From Eutreptiella sp. 'Long Island Sound 2002' (taxonomy: Eukaryota; Protista; Euglenida), in assembly GCA_964036045.1 (NCBI GenBank), contig OZ038378.1, positions 14,880,001 through 14,944,000 of the forward strand: 64,000 bases of DNA. The letters are read 5' to 3'. The position numbers and the translations under genes are program-made. This document shows positions 52,561-64,000 of this stretch, in pieces; the first letter of the stretch is position 1, and every line of letters starts with the position of its first letter. The notes under the pieces were generated by a model, which saw only the letters and a program-made list of their open reading frames with translations, was not told where the DNA came from and searched no databases.

Positions 52561-55479
52561 CAGGGGGTGGTAATAGTTCACATATGCAGCGGTTGGTAAA
52601 AGGTGATTTTCATGCAGCGGTTGGTAACAGGCTGCTGTTTTTCCATGTAAAAGTTGGTACCAACATCCTTCTCTTTTTTTTACCCCAATGTTTCTTTGTT
52701 TTTTCTATTTCGAATCCATTATGATGTCCCGTTTGAAAAACCGGAAAGTTTTCTTTTGGTTGAATTTTTCTTTTTCCTGGAATGTTGTCTTTTGGTTGAA
52801 TTTTTGTTTTTCTTCTACAGGGATTATTCTTGTATTGTAGAACCATTATTTCTTCTTTCAAAACTCTTAGTGTTTTTATTTGTATAACACTTGTAATATT
52901 TTTGTGTCTCCGTTTTTTCAAAACAATACACTTTTTTTTTCTGCACCCTGCACTCTTGCTATTTGTGTAAAATGTTTGTCTTGCTTTTTTTTTTAAACCT
53001 GCACTCCTTTTTGTGTTGAAAATCCTACATTGTTTTTTTTTGTCACTCACTTTTGCATTGAAAATGCTGTTTTTTTTTACCTACTGAAATATTGTTGTTT
53101 TTTTTTGTCACTCACTTCTATGTTGAAAATCCTGGTTCTTTTTTATCCCCTGAAATATTTTTTTTTCTCTGAAGTGGCCAGAGTTGCTGTTTTTTAATGG
53201 AACTTGGATTGCACCTCGGCCTTTAATGCCCCTCCATTGCCGTGCGCAACTCGCGTGAATTGGGAAAAATGCCAAAAAAAAATTGCTCTCGTGTGCAAAT
53301 CGTCCGACCCTACAGACTTCACTGCCCTTTGCGGGACATGTCGCTGTTGCAAGGGCTGAACCAGATATTCACTTTCATCGACTCGGTGTTATTCCAGAGG
53401 AAACAAGAGGTACTACTCTCCTCACTGATGGTAAGCAACACTGCACCGCTCATAGCGCCTTCATCATCCGAAGTTTGCACCGCCTCCCGGGCCTCCCTTG
53501 CTCTTTGTCTGTTCTCCCTGGCTACACGCTGAGCATTTACATCACGTGGTGCAGCACGAAACCTTTTGGCAAGTCTGTCCAACCGGGTCCTTTGCCGCTC
53601 TTGCCTGGGAGTGACAGCACGTCAATGTTGCTGTCCATCTTTGCCTCTGAGGCTTAATCTGCCTCTGCCTCTGCCTCTGAGGCTTCCTCTGAATCTGAAA
53701 CAGGACCATGAACAATAGATAGCAAAGGTGCAGGCATGGGGATGGCTGCTGAAGGGCAGGGGAGGTCCACATCATCCACAGATTCTGTCACTGGCACCTC
53801 TGTAAACACCATGTTCCAGCTGCTGAGGACGTGTGTGGTTGTCAAAGGGAATGCAACCCATTCGGCAAGCCAAGTTACAAGGAGCGCCTTCATCGTACGC
53901 TCGCTGCTATCCAGTTTGGAGTGCTTTCGCAGCGGATCTTCAGGCAATGGTCAATGTGGCAACGCTTAAGTATGTCGCACAACCAAGCTCTCATGCCTGG
54001 ATTGATGACCTGATCGCCAACATTGCTGACATGGCTACGACGAGCGCGGCCAAAGAAAACATATACGTGTGGCCGCGCCACAAAATAGTATAAGTTAGCC
54101 AACTTTATTTCAGCGTCGTCGACGCGCTTTAACTCGTCGTCGTTGAGATGGCTTCCAACCCAGTCCATGATGACGACACACGGGTAATTGTGCGCGACGC
54201 CATGGTCGCATCTGTCCTTCGCCACTTCAGTGTCGACCTTGATCATCAGGTATTTGAACGTGTCGCCGGTCTGACGTTTCTTCTCCGCGTGGTCTTCGTG
54301 CATGTAGGATGGCAGGCCGTGCGGCAGATCGAGACGCGCATGGCAGCGACTTGTTTTTCCTTTGTGCAACACTTGTAGTACCTTTACAGTGCCTTCACGG
54401 TTGACCACAAGCATGGCCGTGGCCTGTCGCTTGTCAGCGCTGCTGTAGTGTCTGACCTGTTTTTCTCCGGCTACATACCCTGCGCGCAACTTGGGCGCGT
54501 ACTGAAGGGGCGTCTCGTCCAGGCCCAACTGCGCCCACGCCGGCAACGACTGGGTGTCACCCTCAGGGATACGCACACCATACTTTTGAGGCTGCTCAAC
54601 GAGGTCCAAGAATTCACGTCTCCATTTGTTGTCGAGCGCCAAGTCAGACACTGTAGAAGGCAGTCGCTCCGTCGTGATCTTCTTGAGACATCCCATCTTG
54701 TGCATGCGACGGAAGTTTGCAGCCCATTGGCGGTCCAAAACAGGAGCAAGACCAGGCCCACGAGACCTCTCAGCGACTGTTGTTCCAAGCGCCGCTATGG
54801 TGTCCAGGTCAATCACGGCAGCCTCATACTTCAGCTCTTTGATGAACTTCATAATGGTCTCCTCCTCTGTGCGGCTGAGAACTGAGTTGGTGCCGTACCC
54901 TTCCAGTGGCTCACCCTCCTGTACCTTGCCAGCCCAAGCGCGAAGCGTGGTAAGGGGCGGCGCTCGACACCCGTAATGCAGCACAATGTGGTTGTAATTT
55001 CCTTCCAAGAATAGTTGCACGCAAAGGGACTTTTGCGCCGGCGTCCACTCTAGCCAAGTCCTCGGCGCTGAACTCTTGTATTGACGGGCCTTAGAACTGC
55101 AGGACACCTTCTTGCTCTGAGCCTCTACGACTGCGGCCAGGGCGTTGTTCATGGACCGGCCTCCCTTTGTGAAGAAGCGCTGCATGACTGAAGACAAAGA
55201 AGGCAAAACTGAAAAAGTATCAATGTAATTGATCATTATTGTTACTATTATCATTATTACTACTATTATGAATCACAGAAGCTCAACAGACCGCGATACA
55301 AAAGCCTCTGTTCTGCTTCCCCAAATTGGACCAAAATTGGTACGCATTTGCGCGGTTTTAGTTCGTTGCTGCAGCGGTTCGTAACACCTGGCGGTTTCTA
55401 CATGCAGCGGTTCGGAACGCCACCCAAACGAACTGCTACAAAACGAATCTTTACGCTTACGAACTATTACCACCCCCTG
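52561..55479 (-). mobile_element. Full-length pogo-like (Tc1/mariner superfamily) DNA transposon, 2919 bp
   Basis: Perfect 19-bp TIR CAGGGGGTGGTAATAGTTC at 52561-52579 and 55461-55479. TA on both sides (52559-52560 and 55480-55481). Internal transposase. Confidence 0.93.
53654..55185 (-). pseudogene. Pogo/Tigger-type DDE_1 transposase, DD49D, with a frameshift near 53950 and more lesions in the acidic tail
   Basis: ATG at 55185 (MQRFF). Two HTH-like regions, then DETPL, DKRQAT, IMDWVGSH and VGDQVINP. The C-terminal helix LVTWLAEW...VLSSW continues in another frame. Confidence 0.85.
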
Positions 55480-58179
55480 TAGGCTACTTTATGATAATCT
55501 TTAGGAATTGAGCAAGGCTAGCGAATTTGCTGAAAGTCGTGTCGGCAACGGATTTGCCGCATCCGAGATTTTTTTGGACTTTTGTTGGGCCGATGTCTCC
55601 GCATTCTTTGCGAGTTAAAAGCTGCGACTTTGTAGAATATTAATTGAACATAGAAATCAACCATTGATCCTTCCAATTTGCAGCGTGGATCGCTGCAGAG
55701 GCCGCGGCGCACGCAAGGCATATAAGGGTGAAAACGTTGCATGGCTTCATACAGGCCATGTTGTGTGCTGCGTCGCACCATGGCATTGGCGTGGCGCAAC
55801 TGCTTTTGATAAGTCTGCAGGAACTGACTGATTACGGCTACCACAACTGGCTCGATCCCCACCCATCCCAAGGCCAGGGGCTAGAAAAAATGGGCTGACG
55901 AGAATGCATACAGGGGTGGTATTGATGTTGGGTCCAAAATTGGTTTTCATCCATCATTGGGTTCTCGTGAAAAAACTGAGTATTTTGAGCATAGACACAT
56001 AGGATGAAAACCCGTTTTTTGACCCTCTAGTGGTTCAAGCAAATTTGCCTAAGGGCGCCGATGGTCCGGCACTTCGGTGCTAATTTCCAGGGTGGGGGGG
56101 GGAGTCGGCGTAAAAGACCCGGGCTTGGTGACCCCCCGCGCGAATTCAGCCAGCAGATTCATTCTGCTGCGCAACGTCACCTAGATTGTTGCTCTCTTGG
56201 GTATTTCCTGTGATTCTGCATGGTGCAATTGTCATTCAGTTGCAGTGTTAATGGTTTACAACAGCAATTGGTTGAAACTGTAGCATTCTTAATGCCACAA
56301 AAATGCAGATTTTATGGAACATATGCATGCATCATCTTTACTGCCATAGTTTTGCACTACTTCTGTGCTGATTTTCTTGTCTACTCCTCCATGTGTTCCA
56401 TCTTTCAGAGTAGTAGATGACACATTTCATGCTTCAGTTATATTTGCAGCATTTCTAGTTCTGGGATTTCGTTGTTCTGCTTTGTTCCGGGACGGCAGTT
56501 GCACATTGCATATACATATGCCAATCATATTGCTCCAAATAGACACTCCACTGCAACGCTTGTTACCTAGGGGCAACCAATGTTTCTCTTCATTTTTCAC
56601 CCATGCTTTCCTCCAGTTGGGCCACACTCTCTTACGCTGTGAGATTTTTATGCGAACACAATCTCTTGATTCAGTTTGACTAAAAACAGGCACATATGGG
56701 CTCGCCAACCATCATTGTATGACCAAGAAAACACAATGAGCAAGTTCATTGGGAAACTTGGCAGATACAGTTAGGGGCCATTGACTCATACATGCCACTG
56801 TAATTGTCAAAATAGGTTGCATGCATCACAAAGCTGAACAAACTGTGTACAAAACCCCACTGCAAACTGAGCTAGCTGTGTTTTTACCAAGCACAACCAG
56901 CAAGCTTGGGGCATACAAATCCAGTCCATACCTTGGGTTGGTACAGGTGGTATAAACAAAGGGGAGGCCTGGGCTGCATGTCCAGTAGAGCGGACCTGCA
57001 AACCTGGCGAACACTTCGTTCAACGCCAAAGCTCTGCTGCTGAGCACCCGGCAACAGGGCCAACATGGGTACCATTCGGGTGTTGGTTGTTCCCTGATGC
57101 TCTCTGCCCCTGCCCCTCCCGGTCACCGGTCCCTGTGCACCCCCCGCCCCCCCCCCCCCACTCTGTGAAACCCAGGGGAGGGGGGGGGGGGGTTGCTTGG
57201 GCTAACGGGCATCCAGGGAAAATAACCCCCAGACCAGGACCATTCTTTGTTCCAAAAGACTGGTGGGGCCTTACCACACACAGCGCAGTGGTATCAGCCC
57301 TGGAAGCTCCAGTTGGAGGCACATGCTGGCGGTTGTAAGCCAGCTACTGCGGTTGAGGGATCGAGCCGGCGGAGATGTAGTCACCATCCACAGATCTGCC
57401 CAGCCCCGCCCCCCCCCCCCCGCCCCCTGGAGGGCTCTTCTGACATCCACTGACCCCTCCCTCCAATGAACATGGATTCTGGCAACACAAGCCTGGCTGG
57501 AGAGAGGGGGGAGGTTCCAGAGTACATTCATTGCACATTGCACAGTTTCCCTTTCATCTCTGAATGCTCATAAACAGCATTTCCAGCATGCACAGCTACG
57601 GACTGTAGTCCAACTGTAGGCCCCCACCGTGCCCCTAGCCCCCCCAAAAAAGTCAAGGCGCCCTTGGCACCTCGCCCTTGGACCGTTGTCTCTCAACACC
57701 CGGATGGGGGGCATGGGGAAGAGGGGGGGGGGGGCTGACGTGCTTGAAGCGGACCTCCCCCCAACAACCAGTGGATGGATGGCTGTCTGTTGTGTATGTC
57801 ATGGTGCTGCTTACTGCATGAAAAGAACATGTATGGTATTTACATCAGCTTTACAAAATGGGAATGGGGCGTGACTTTCTGGTCAATGGTTCAGTTTTGG
57901 TAACATGGTGTGGGTCACAGGGGGAATGCAAAGCACTTGGGTGGTGGTGTTCCACAAAGACTGGTCGCTTATGCAACCGGTGCCATGTCTTTGAAATACT
58001 CGACTGCAGTGGTGAAGCTCCATACAAAGGCTACATCTCCTCACGTGGGGAGGGGTGGGGTGCCGTAACGGCTACACAAGTGACGTGGGAATGGTAATAC
58101 AGGGCCAGCAGCTTCCGCATCACTGAAGGCCGTAGTCCCGGTTTCATGCACTTGTGTGTCTTTTGTGGGGGCGTGCCAG

Positions 58180-58830
58180 ACTGTGCCTGTGTGTGGAAAC
58201 GGAAGGGGATGAGGGGAGTAATGCAGTCTGTGGGTGAGAGTTGCGGGCAAAGGGAAGTCCAATAGACCCTTAGGGCTGGGAAGTTCGGGAAAAGATTTCG
58301 GATTATTGAATAGTTAGGGGGTCAGCAAACCACTTCTGTCTCCCTCCCTTGTCTGTAAAAGCAAGAACAAGTCCCACCACAGGTCCTTGCGGATGACTGT
58401 GTGAGCTTTCCTTTGTACGTTCACAGAACCTCATCGGCCTGCTTTCCCTGTGCGGTCGGAGGGTTGCAGGGAATCGCTTGAGCTCCTAACAGGCTGTACA
58501 AAAGCAATTCAAACAGCGTTTACTGCAGAGCACTGAGGGGGGCATTTTGGCAGTTACACGTGCGATCCTTAGGGATTTGGGGGCCCGTTCTGGGGGGGGG
58601 GGGGGTGGACGACTCGCCGGACCATGGACAGCAGCTACAGCGCCGAGGCACAGGGCTAAACATTTTGCCATGTTGATGTTGACACCAAAGCACGCACAGT
58701 TGCTCTGACTCTGCTGCACGTCATCTGGCAGCTGCAGGGCGCTTTGTACTGCAGCCCCATCCTTGTGCAGCTGGCATACATGTTGATGTTGACACCACAC
58801 TGCACCACCCAGGCCACCAGCAAGCAAACC
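58180..58830. repeat. Segment duplicated in direct orientation at 59720-59932 plus 60937-61310
   Basis: Shared strings include GTAATGCAG.CTGTGGGTGAGAGT, GCCTGCTTTCCCTGTG, GACGACTCGCCGGACCATGGACAGCAGC and CATGTTGATGTTGACACCAAAGCACGCACAG. Confidence 0.85.
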
Positions 58831-59932
58831 TGCCAACGGACTGGCTTTTCTCCTGGGTCAGACGTGCTGACAAGAAGAAGACTTCTCTCAGGATGGCGTC
58901 CGTGGCATAATTTGAGCATGCATCCACAAAATTCTGCAGCATGTGCAGCAGCTCCTGCTGCATCTCAATCGTGGGGCTTATGCCCATGAACAGGAGCAGG
59001 CTGACGAGCAGGCTGGCCTCTGCATCACAGGCGCAGTGGTTGCCTTCGCTTGGAATTTCACAGAGGGTGTCCCGATTTGGGCCTGATTGACACTCAACAC
59101 TTGACACTTCACAAAATCAATCATACAAGTGCTTCAATACTGCAAGGGATTGCGTCACGGGTGTGGGATCACCACCGTGCGAGTTGGGGCGCAGCATGAA
59201 TAGCCGTTCATCATCGGCCTCTGGCTCCATACACCGTGCCCTCGCATACAATGTTGAGGACTGCGCCATCCAGCACTTCCATGGGGCACCCCAGGCCGGT
59301 GCTTGAAGGGGGTGTTGTGGGGGAGCTTGTGTACCAGAAATGGCCCAAAGAAATTTGTTCTTCAGTAAAATTTCACCTTTTCCCACTCTATGAATTTTGG
59401 TGGTGGTGGGGGGGGGGGGGGGCAACGCCAAAACAATTTTCTGATTCAGGCCTGGGGTGCCCCTTACCCAACCTCCCAGAAGAGGGTCGATGGGGAGCTG
59501 GGTAAACGTGCAGACTGGACTACCCACAACTTTGTGTGAGTTTGTCTGTTGGCCACGCCGTCTTACAGGACAGGCAATCCTTTTGTTTGGGTGTATCTAC
59601 ATAAGAAGCTCCCGGCGGGATACTGAGTTAGGGAGGGCCCCCCCGCATGGGTCGGGGGTGCGTTCTGGGCACTCCGCTCATATCATGGCTGATCTGGGGG
59701 GGTTGCCAGCAAACAAAAAAGTGAGGGGAGTAATGCAGCCTGTGGGTGAGAGTGGCGGTCAAGGGGAAATCCAATAGACCCTCAGTGTGGGGAAGTTCAG
59801 GAAACGGTTTCTGAATATGGAATGGACAGGGGGGCAGCAAACTGTCTGCCTTTTTGCGTCTGCAAACGCAACTCCAACCCCCATCACAGGTCGCTGCAGG
59901 TGACTGTTTGAGCTTCCTTTGTACATTCACAG

Positions 59933-60936
59933 TTCCCCTGCGGACCTTGTTTTTGCGCGTCTGGAGCACATCAATATCTGCCTGTGCCCACAACATTTTT
60001 TACGTGTCCAGGGCAATTGAATATTTGCGCGTGGGACATGGTTTTTGCACGTCCGGGGCAAATTGATACTTGCCTGTGGGACACTATTTTGGCGCATCCT
60101 GAACAAACTTGCAAAAACAATCTCACCACGGGCAAATATTAATTTGCTCTGGACGTGCAAAAACTATGTCCCGCGTGCAAATAATAGCTTGCCCCAGACA
60201 CGCAAAGATCATGCAGCCGCACAAAAAGATTATGATTCAAGCAAATGTTAATTTGCCCCGGACCCGAAAACATTGCGACACAACCAAATACACATTAGCC
60301 CTGGATGCGCAAAAATAATGTGATACAGACAAATATCAATGTTATGATCAGGCAAATATCAATTTGGCCTCTGCGCGCAAAAACAAGGTCCCACAGGTTA
60401 ATATTAATTTGCCCCAGATGTGCAAAAACAATGCTTATTCAATTAAATATTAATTTGCCCTCAACACACAAAAATAATGTGACAAAGGCAAATAATAATA
60501 TGCCCTGGACATGCAAGAGTAATGTCCCACAGACAAGTTTTCATTTGCCCAAGATGCACAAGAAAAATTCCAACATGCGAATTTGAATTTGCCTCAGAAG
60601 CGCAAAAATCATGTCCCACAGGCAAATATCAATTTGCCCTGGACACGCAAAAATAACTTCCCCTAATATTTGCCTGTGGGCCTTGTTTTTGCGCATCCGG
60701 GGCAAATCAATATTTGCCTGTGGGACATTATTGTTGCGTGTCCGCGGCAAATTAATATTTGCCTTTGGGGACATCATTTTTGCGCGTCTGGGGCAAATCA
60801 ATGTTTGCATGTGGAACATTAATTGTGCGCTGATGGGGCAAATTGATATTTGCTTGTGGGACATACTTTTTGCTCGTCCGGGGCAAATCAATACTTGCCT
60901 GTGGGGGATTATTTATGCGCGTTTGGGGCAAATCAA
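59933..60936. repeat. ~1-kb array of ~45-50-bp units, each with the quasi-palindrome GGGCAAAT-N4-ATTTGCCY
   Basis: Seen directly. Unit orientation switches at about 60100 and about 60655. Confidence 0.85.
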
Positions 60937-61712
60937 TCATCAGCCTGCTTTCCCTGTGTGGTCCCCAGGGGAGGGTCGCAGTGAAGGGTCGAAGACAGGG
61001 AATCGCTTGAGCTCCAAAGGGGCTGTACAAAAGCAGTTCAAACAGTGTTTACTGCAGAGCGCTGAGGGGGCCGGAGACAGTTTGGCGGTTACTCGGGAGG
61101 CAGTTGGCGGTTACACATGCGGTTGGCAGGGATTTGGGGGGATGGTGTCCGAGGTTTGAGAACATTGTGGACGACTCGCCGGACCATGGACAGCAGCTGC
61201 AGCGCTGAGGCACAGGGCTAAACATTTTGCCATGTTGATGTTGACACCAAAGCACGCACAGTTGCTCTGACTCTGCTGCACGTCATCTGGCAGCTGCCGG
61301 GCGCTTTGTAGACTAGCGCACTGGAGCGCCGTGCTTAGTGCCCTGGCTGAGAGCGATCTGAATCCTAATCGCCAGCATATGCAACGGCCAGAGCGGTAGC
61401 GGCAGAGTCCAGCCCCGCCCCCCTCCTTTTTGCAAGAACGCCCCTATTCCCTTTTCAGAGCCGTGTTCAACCCACCCGTGGGGGTTCGCTGGGCAAGAAT
61501 GTCAAGCGTGGGGAACGGGCGACTCAAACCTCAAGGGTGAACACATCCCGGCGATTGATGCCTGAAAGAACATGCATAAAGACATGGTTGTTTCTCCTCC
61601 CGAGGCTTATCGTCCTGTCGCTCAATCCTCAACCTGGACCGCGTCCACTTTGATTCCACTGCCCCAAGAGCAGGCATACATGTTGATGTTGACACCAAAG
61701 CACACCATTGTG

Positions 61713-62372
61713 CTATGCAGCACCGCATGAGACGGGTAAGGCTGAGCGTCGGGGATGCGTTGTCAAGGCGCGAGACATGGCAGCACGCGTGGGCAGCGCA
61801 AAGGACGAGGCATCGGGGGCCCAGTGCGTGGCACCGACGGCAAACCACCGGTGGTCAGCCTCGAGATCCGGCGTCAGTCCCGAGTCTGCGCGGACTGCAG
61901 CAGCGATCTTCCGTGGCGATTTGCGGTACATTTGCGATTTGCCGTGTGCGACCGGGACCAAGACACCAAGCCGCGCCGCGACCCGCAGGCGATGTGCGTC
62001 GAGCTTCCGCAGCCCCGTCGCGGTGGAGGGCCGCCTGCACTCTGCCACCCCCGACAGTGGCCGGGTCTTTGGGACAGCAGAGGAGGGCCGCGGCTTCAGG
62101 GCTGCAGAGGCGGGCCGCGAGCGGGGGCGTGCAGCTGCGTCCTGCAGCTGCTGCTGGACCTGCCTGTCGCCGAAGCGCAGGTGTCCGGGATCCTCCTGTG
62201 CAGCCACCCAAACGCGATCCAACTGCCGCTGGTAAATCGAAGTTGCGAACATGTGGCGGTGCTGGTCATTGAGGTCCGCTTTCAAAGGGGTGCGTTGCTT
62301 GTTGCTGGGCCCGGCAGGGGGCTCTCCATGGGGGCCCAGGGCGAAGGGCAAGTGCTTGGTCCTTTTGACCGC
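61713..62372 (-). CDS. Probable downstream (possibly terminal) exon of the IQ-motif gene; basic, Ser/Pro/Arg-rich
   Basis: Acceptor CCTGCAG before 62372, in phase 0 to match the donor at 62585. Open to TAG at 61713-61715. Confidence 0.6.
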   Translation of the reverse strand, partial: AVKRTKHLPFALGPHGEPPAGPSNKQRTPLKADLNDQHRHMFATSIYQRQLDRVWVAAQEDPGHLRFGDRQVQQQLQDAAARPRSRPASAALKPRPSSAVPKTRPLSGVAECRRPSTATGLRKLDAHRLRVAARLGVLVPVAHGKSQMYRKSPRKIAAAVRADSGLTPDLEADHRWFAVGATHWAPDASSFALPTRAAMSRALTTHPRRSALPVSCGAA

Positions 62373-62585
62373 CTGCAGGAGCATGGGAGAGGGGCACGAG
62401 GGGATGGGCAGTGGAGGGCACCCCCCCCCCACACACGTACGACAGGGCAACATGGGGAAGGGCGCGGTTTGGCGATGATAGAACAAACGACCTGGCTGGC
62501 AGACAACCAGTTTTTGTGCCAGGGAGCGAGCAGCGCATACAGGTCTGCATCACATCAGAGTAGTATGGCAGAGGGTAGGGGGCAC

Positions 62586-64000
62586 CTGCTGGACCTCGCC
62601 ACGCAGCTCCTTGTTGGTGCTGCTGATCGCTTCCTTCAAAAACCGCCGCAGGCCGTTCTTGCGCTGGATCAGGCTCCAATCAGGAAACGAGGCACTGAGG
62701 TCCCCCAGCAGCTCCACCGGCTCCCCTTTTGATGGGCCTTTGGCTCCAGTGGTGCCCCGCACAGCACTGCCGGGCAGCTTCCGCGACGTCTCAAAATACG
62801 ACGGCTGGGAGGATGTCTGGAGAGTATTGGCCACAGGCGTCCGGGGCGACCTGGTGGTGCGGGCCGGCACTCCAGTGCCGCTTGCATCCTGGTTTGCGGC
62901 GGCACCCCGCTCTGTATCCGGCCCGGGAGCCGTCACAGCCTGCCGCGCCAACCGATCCCAGCGGCGCTGGTGGTGCCCTCGCCACCGGGCCTGGATGCGG
63001 GTCGCATGCTCGTTGAGGAACGCCATGAACCGGAGGTAGGCCCCGAGGCGCACACGGCTCCGGAAGCCGCGCCAAAGGCGCTGCAGGGCAATGGCCGCAG
63101 CCCGCCGGGGACCAAAGTGGCCTCGCCACAGCCGCTGGATCGCGACGGCTGCATGCCACTGGGCGACGCGGTGCCTGTGCCGACTCACGAGCACCGCCGA
63201 GAGCTGCGCGCGCGCTTCCGTCTGGATCATGACCGCGCAGCTCATTCGGTACCGCGCGGCACGGGCGCGCGCCGCGTGCGCGCGCCACGCGCGCTCAACG
63301 CACGAGGCGGCCGCGGCGTGTCGTTGGTAACGTTTCTGCTGGGCCAAGCGGTCCGTCAGGTACCCCCGGCACGCCGCTTGGACGGTCAGCACCGCGAGCC
63401 GGTGCCCCCTCAGCGCGGCGACCCGCAGCGATGCCAGTGCCCGACACGCCGCTTGGATGCGCAGGGCTGCCGCACGCTCCCCCCGCCGCACACCCACCAT
63501 TCGGGTCGCCAGGCAGCTTCTGCCGACAGACTGAATCGCTACGGCAGCGCCCTCCTGCTGCCGCCGCAGCGCCCACACTCGTTGCGCAGTGCGCATGGCA
63601 AGTTGCATGCGGCACACGGCCTGCACAAGCCGCACGGCGCCGACACGGCGCTGTTCCCGGCGCCACAACACCGCGGTGATGGCGGTGGAGGCGTAGGCGC
63701 GGCAGGCACACTGGAGGTCGAGGGCCGCCGAATGCAACAACGTCTTGTGTCGGATTCTCCGCCGGCGCTTGTACAACCGCCAGCTGCTCTGGATCGTCAT
63801 GGCAGCGGAGTGCCGCTGCACCGCGAGCCGCTGCTTGGCCCGCACGCGATGGTGTCGCGCATGCGCCCGCCACCACGCCTGCACCTTCTCCGCTGCAATG
63901 GACCGCTTCATGACGTCGTCCGTCGCCGGGAGCACCCCTGCAAAGGCCCGCTGGAGCCGGTCGTGTTCCGCAGTGAAGCGCGCGAACAAGTTCCTTGATA
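62586..64000 (-). CDS. Large exon of a multi-IQ calmodulin-binding protein (about 12 IQ motifs); the gene begins beyond the window
   Basis: Repeated IQxxxRG-like motifs, e.g. AAEKVQAWWRAH, AMTIQSSWRLY, LTVQAACRGY, VAIQRLWRGH, IALQRLWRGF and ATRIQARWRGH. Candidate donor CAG|GTGCCC at 62585. Confidence 0.88.

Noticed and set aside
58486-59107. Possible non-LTR reverse transcriptase remnant (LPDDV...FGVNINMAKC)
   Set aside because: The DD-to-G.NIN spacing is too short for RT motifs 5-6, no other RT motifs are seen, and the GVNINM string recurs in unrelated contexts.
59933-60936. CRISPR-like look (palindromic repeats with intervening sequence)
   Set aside because: The intervening parts resemble each other, the orientation flips, there are no cas genes, and the context is eukaryotic.

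Overview
Repeat-rich eukaryotic genomic DNA, probably protist or algal; the organism cannot be determined from the window. Two host genes lie on the minus strand. (i) A 13-exon TEY-type MAP kinase spans about 18.8-50.3 kb. I assembled it by hand; the frame is open across all 12 GT-AG introns, and intron 11 is about 11.8 kb. (ii) The 3' part of a protein with about 12 IQ motifs runs off the right edge. Most of the rest is mobile or repetitive DNA. This includes a ~600-bp tandem array whose unit has Helentron/Helitron2-like termini, and a gag + truncated tyrosine-recombinase (YR) element inserted at a defined GTTT core in that same unit, with the empty site also present in the window. There is also a complete but disabled pogo-like transposon (19-bp TIRs, TA duplication, DD49D), two decayed copies of a family carrying a Ulp1-like protease and a SAP-like motif, foldback elements, palindrome arrays and microsatellites. 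All coordinates, alignments and family calls were made by eye, without database searches. The most interesting candidate system is the YR element, which may target the 3' hairpin of the tandem repeat and has gag and YR in one frame separated by a single TGA plus a GC stem.
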